Source: Selaginella moellendorffii (lineage: Eukaryota; Plantae; Lycopodiophyta). Taken from it: a DNA stretch of 64,000 bases. The notes under the pieces are model-generated. The model did not search any database, was not told where the DNA came from, and saw only the letters and a program-made list of their open reading frames with translations. The translations under genes were made by a program, and so were the position numbers. Every line of letters begins with the position of its first letter. Within the stretch, counting starts at the first letter, position 1. Below, piece by piece: positions 62,896 through 64,000 of the stretch. Location of the stretch: positions 443,172-507,171 of the forward strand of contig NW_003314349.1 in NCBI RefSeq assembly GCF_000143415.4, read 5' to 3'.

Positions 62896-64000
62896 TCAGC
62901 TCTTTCTGGATCCCACGATCGACCTGAGCAAGCTTTTGTACACTCCCATGTCCTCGTTGGGCAGTACCTCGAGACCCTTCTGGATGCTCTCCACACCCGC
63001 AGCTCTCACAATTCGATCTGCCACTGCACTTCCCCTCGCCTGGACGAGCGTCTGGAGGGCTCCCACCGCTCGGCTCCTCAGTACCACCACCTCGTCTCCA
63101 AGCAACCCCGTGAGAATCTCCACCACCTTGCTCCTGAGCACTTGCTCCAGGATCACGGGAGACGACGATCCCCTGGAGAAGATCTCCTTGCACACCAAGC
63201 AAGCGCTCATCTGGACCTCCTCGCATGGGCAATTGAGCAGCGCCTCGAGCTCCTCCAAAATCCCGGTGCCCAACACTCTCTCCACCACTCTAGCTCCACC
63301 AATCTTCATGAGCGCCACGAGCGCCGCCAGAGCCCGAGACTTCACCACCGCCTTGCGGTTCCTCAGCAGCTCCGGCAGCTTCTCGTCCAGCATGTCCGTC
63401 TCGAGGAGCTGCGCCATGGCCGCGTCTCCAATCCCCGCCACCTTCACCACCGCGTTAAGCACTCCATCGTGGAGCCACCCCGATCGAGCGTCGAGTAGCA
63501 GCACCAGCTCGCCCATCACGTTCTCTCGGATCAAACTCTCGCAAACGTATCTGTCCCTGCCGCTGCTCGATCCAGCTCCGGCGCTCGCGAGCTTGGCTAG
63601 AACATCCGCTGCGTCCTTCTTGACGAGTATGTTGATCCCCGGAGCTCCGCTGCTCGAGAGGAGCGTCCGGAGCTTGTGAACGAGCCCGGACGCCACAAGC
63701 CCGCGTCCAAACTCCTCGTAGTCGGCCTCCACGAAGCAAGCTGCGATGTACTTGGCTATGGAGGCGTAGGCCGAGGGTGACGAAGCACGGAACAAGAGGT
63801 TGACGATCTCGGCACCCACGATCGCGTTGAGCTCCCTGCGAATCTCCTCCTTGCTCGAACAAGCCTTGACCACGTCCACGATGCTCGCCAGCGAGCTCGC
63901 GTGGAGATCATCACTGTCCAGGACCAGGATCCCGCGGAGAGCTCCAGCGGCGGCCTGCTTGGATTCCTTGCTCCCGAAGTGTAGCAGCCAGGGAGCCGCC
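62896..64000 (-). CDS. Armadillo/HEAT-repeat protein, 5' end outside the window
   Basis: Frame is open to the window edge. Repeated ARM-like units (SGLVHKLRTLL, GILEELEALL, VVLRSRAVGALQTL). Confidence 0.8.
   Translation of the reverse strand, partial: AAPWLLHFGSKESKQAAAGALRGILVLDSDDLHASSLASIVDVVKACSSKEEIRRELNAIVGAEIVNLLFRASSPSAYASIAKYIAACFVEADYEEFGRGLVASGLVHKLRTLLSSSGAPGINILVKKDAADVLAKLASAGAGSSSGRDRYVCESLIRENVMGELVLLLDARSGWLHDGVLNAVVKVAGIGDAAMAQLLETDMLDEKLPELLRNRKAVVKSRALAALVALMKIGGARVVERVLGTGILEELEALLNCPCEEVQMSACLVCKEIFSRGSSSPVILEQVLRSKVVEILTGLLGDEVVVLRSRAVGALQTLVQARGSAVADRIVRAAGVESIQKGLEVLPNEDMGVYKSLLRSIVGSRKS

Overview
Plant nuclear DNA, most likely a lycophyte such as Selaginella (inferred from compact GC-rich genes with mostly 55-105 nt GT-AG introns and very short intergenic spacers; not verified). 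Left gene block (1-12 kb): GDSL lipase pseudogene, a head-to-head pair of MiAMP1-like secreted Cys-rich genes (one fused to an extensin-like Ser-Pro tail), C2-phospholipase D, a BBX18/19-like double B-box gene, an intronless TPR-SET gene and a secretory cyclophilin. Middle (13.1-48 kb): a nested Ty3/gypsy island. An old decayed host A carries element B (which contains the near-intact same-family element C) and element D (which contains a young non-coding element E and a foreign LTR fragment). Right block (48-64 kb): CCS, a Kazal inhibitor, a UFD1-like gene, a MiAMP1-like pseudogene, a second decayed copy of A and an ARM-repeat gene. The most striking observation is that chromovirus family B/C carries two short spliceosome-type GT-AG introns (47 and 52 nt) inside integrase. 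They sit at identical positions in two independently transposed copies. Only spliced RNA encodes a catalytically complete integrase plus chromodomain, yet the unspliced RNA is what was reverse-transcribed. All comparisons were made by eye.
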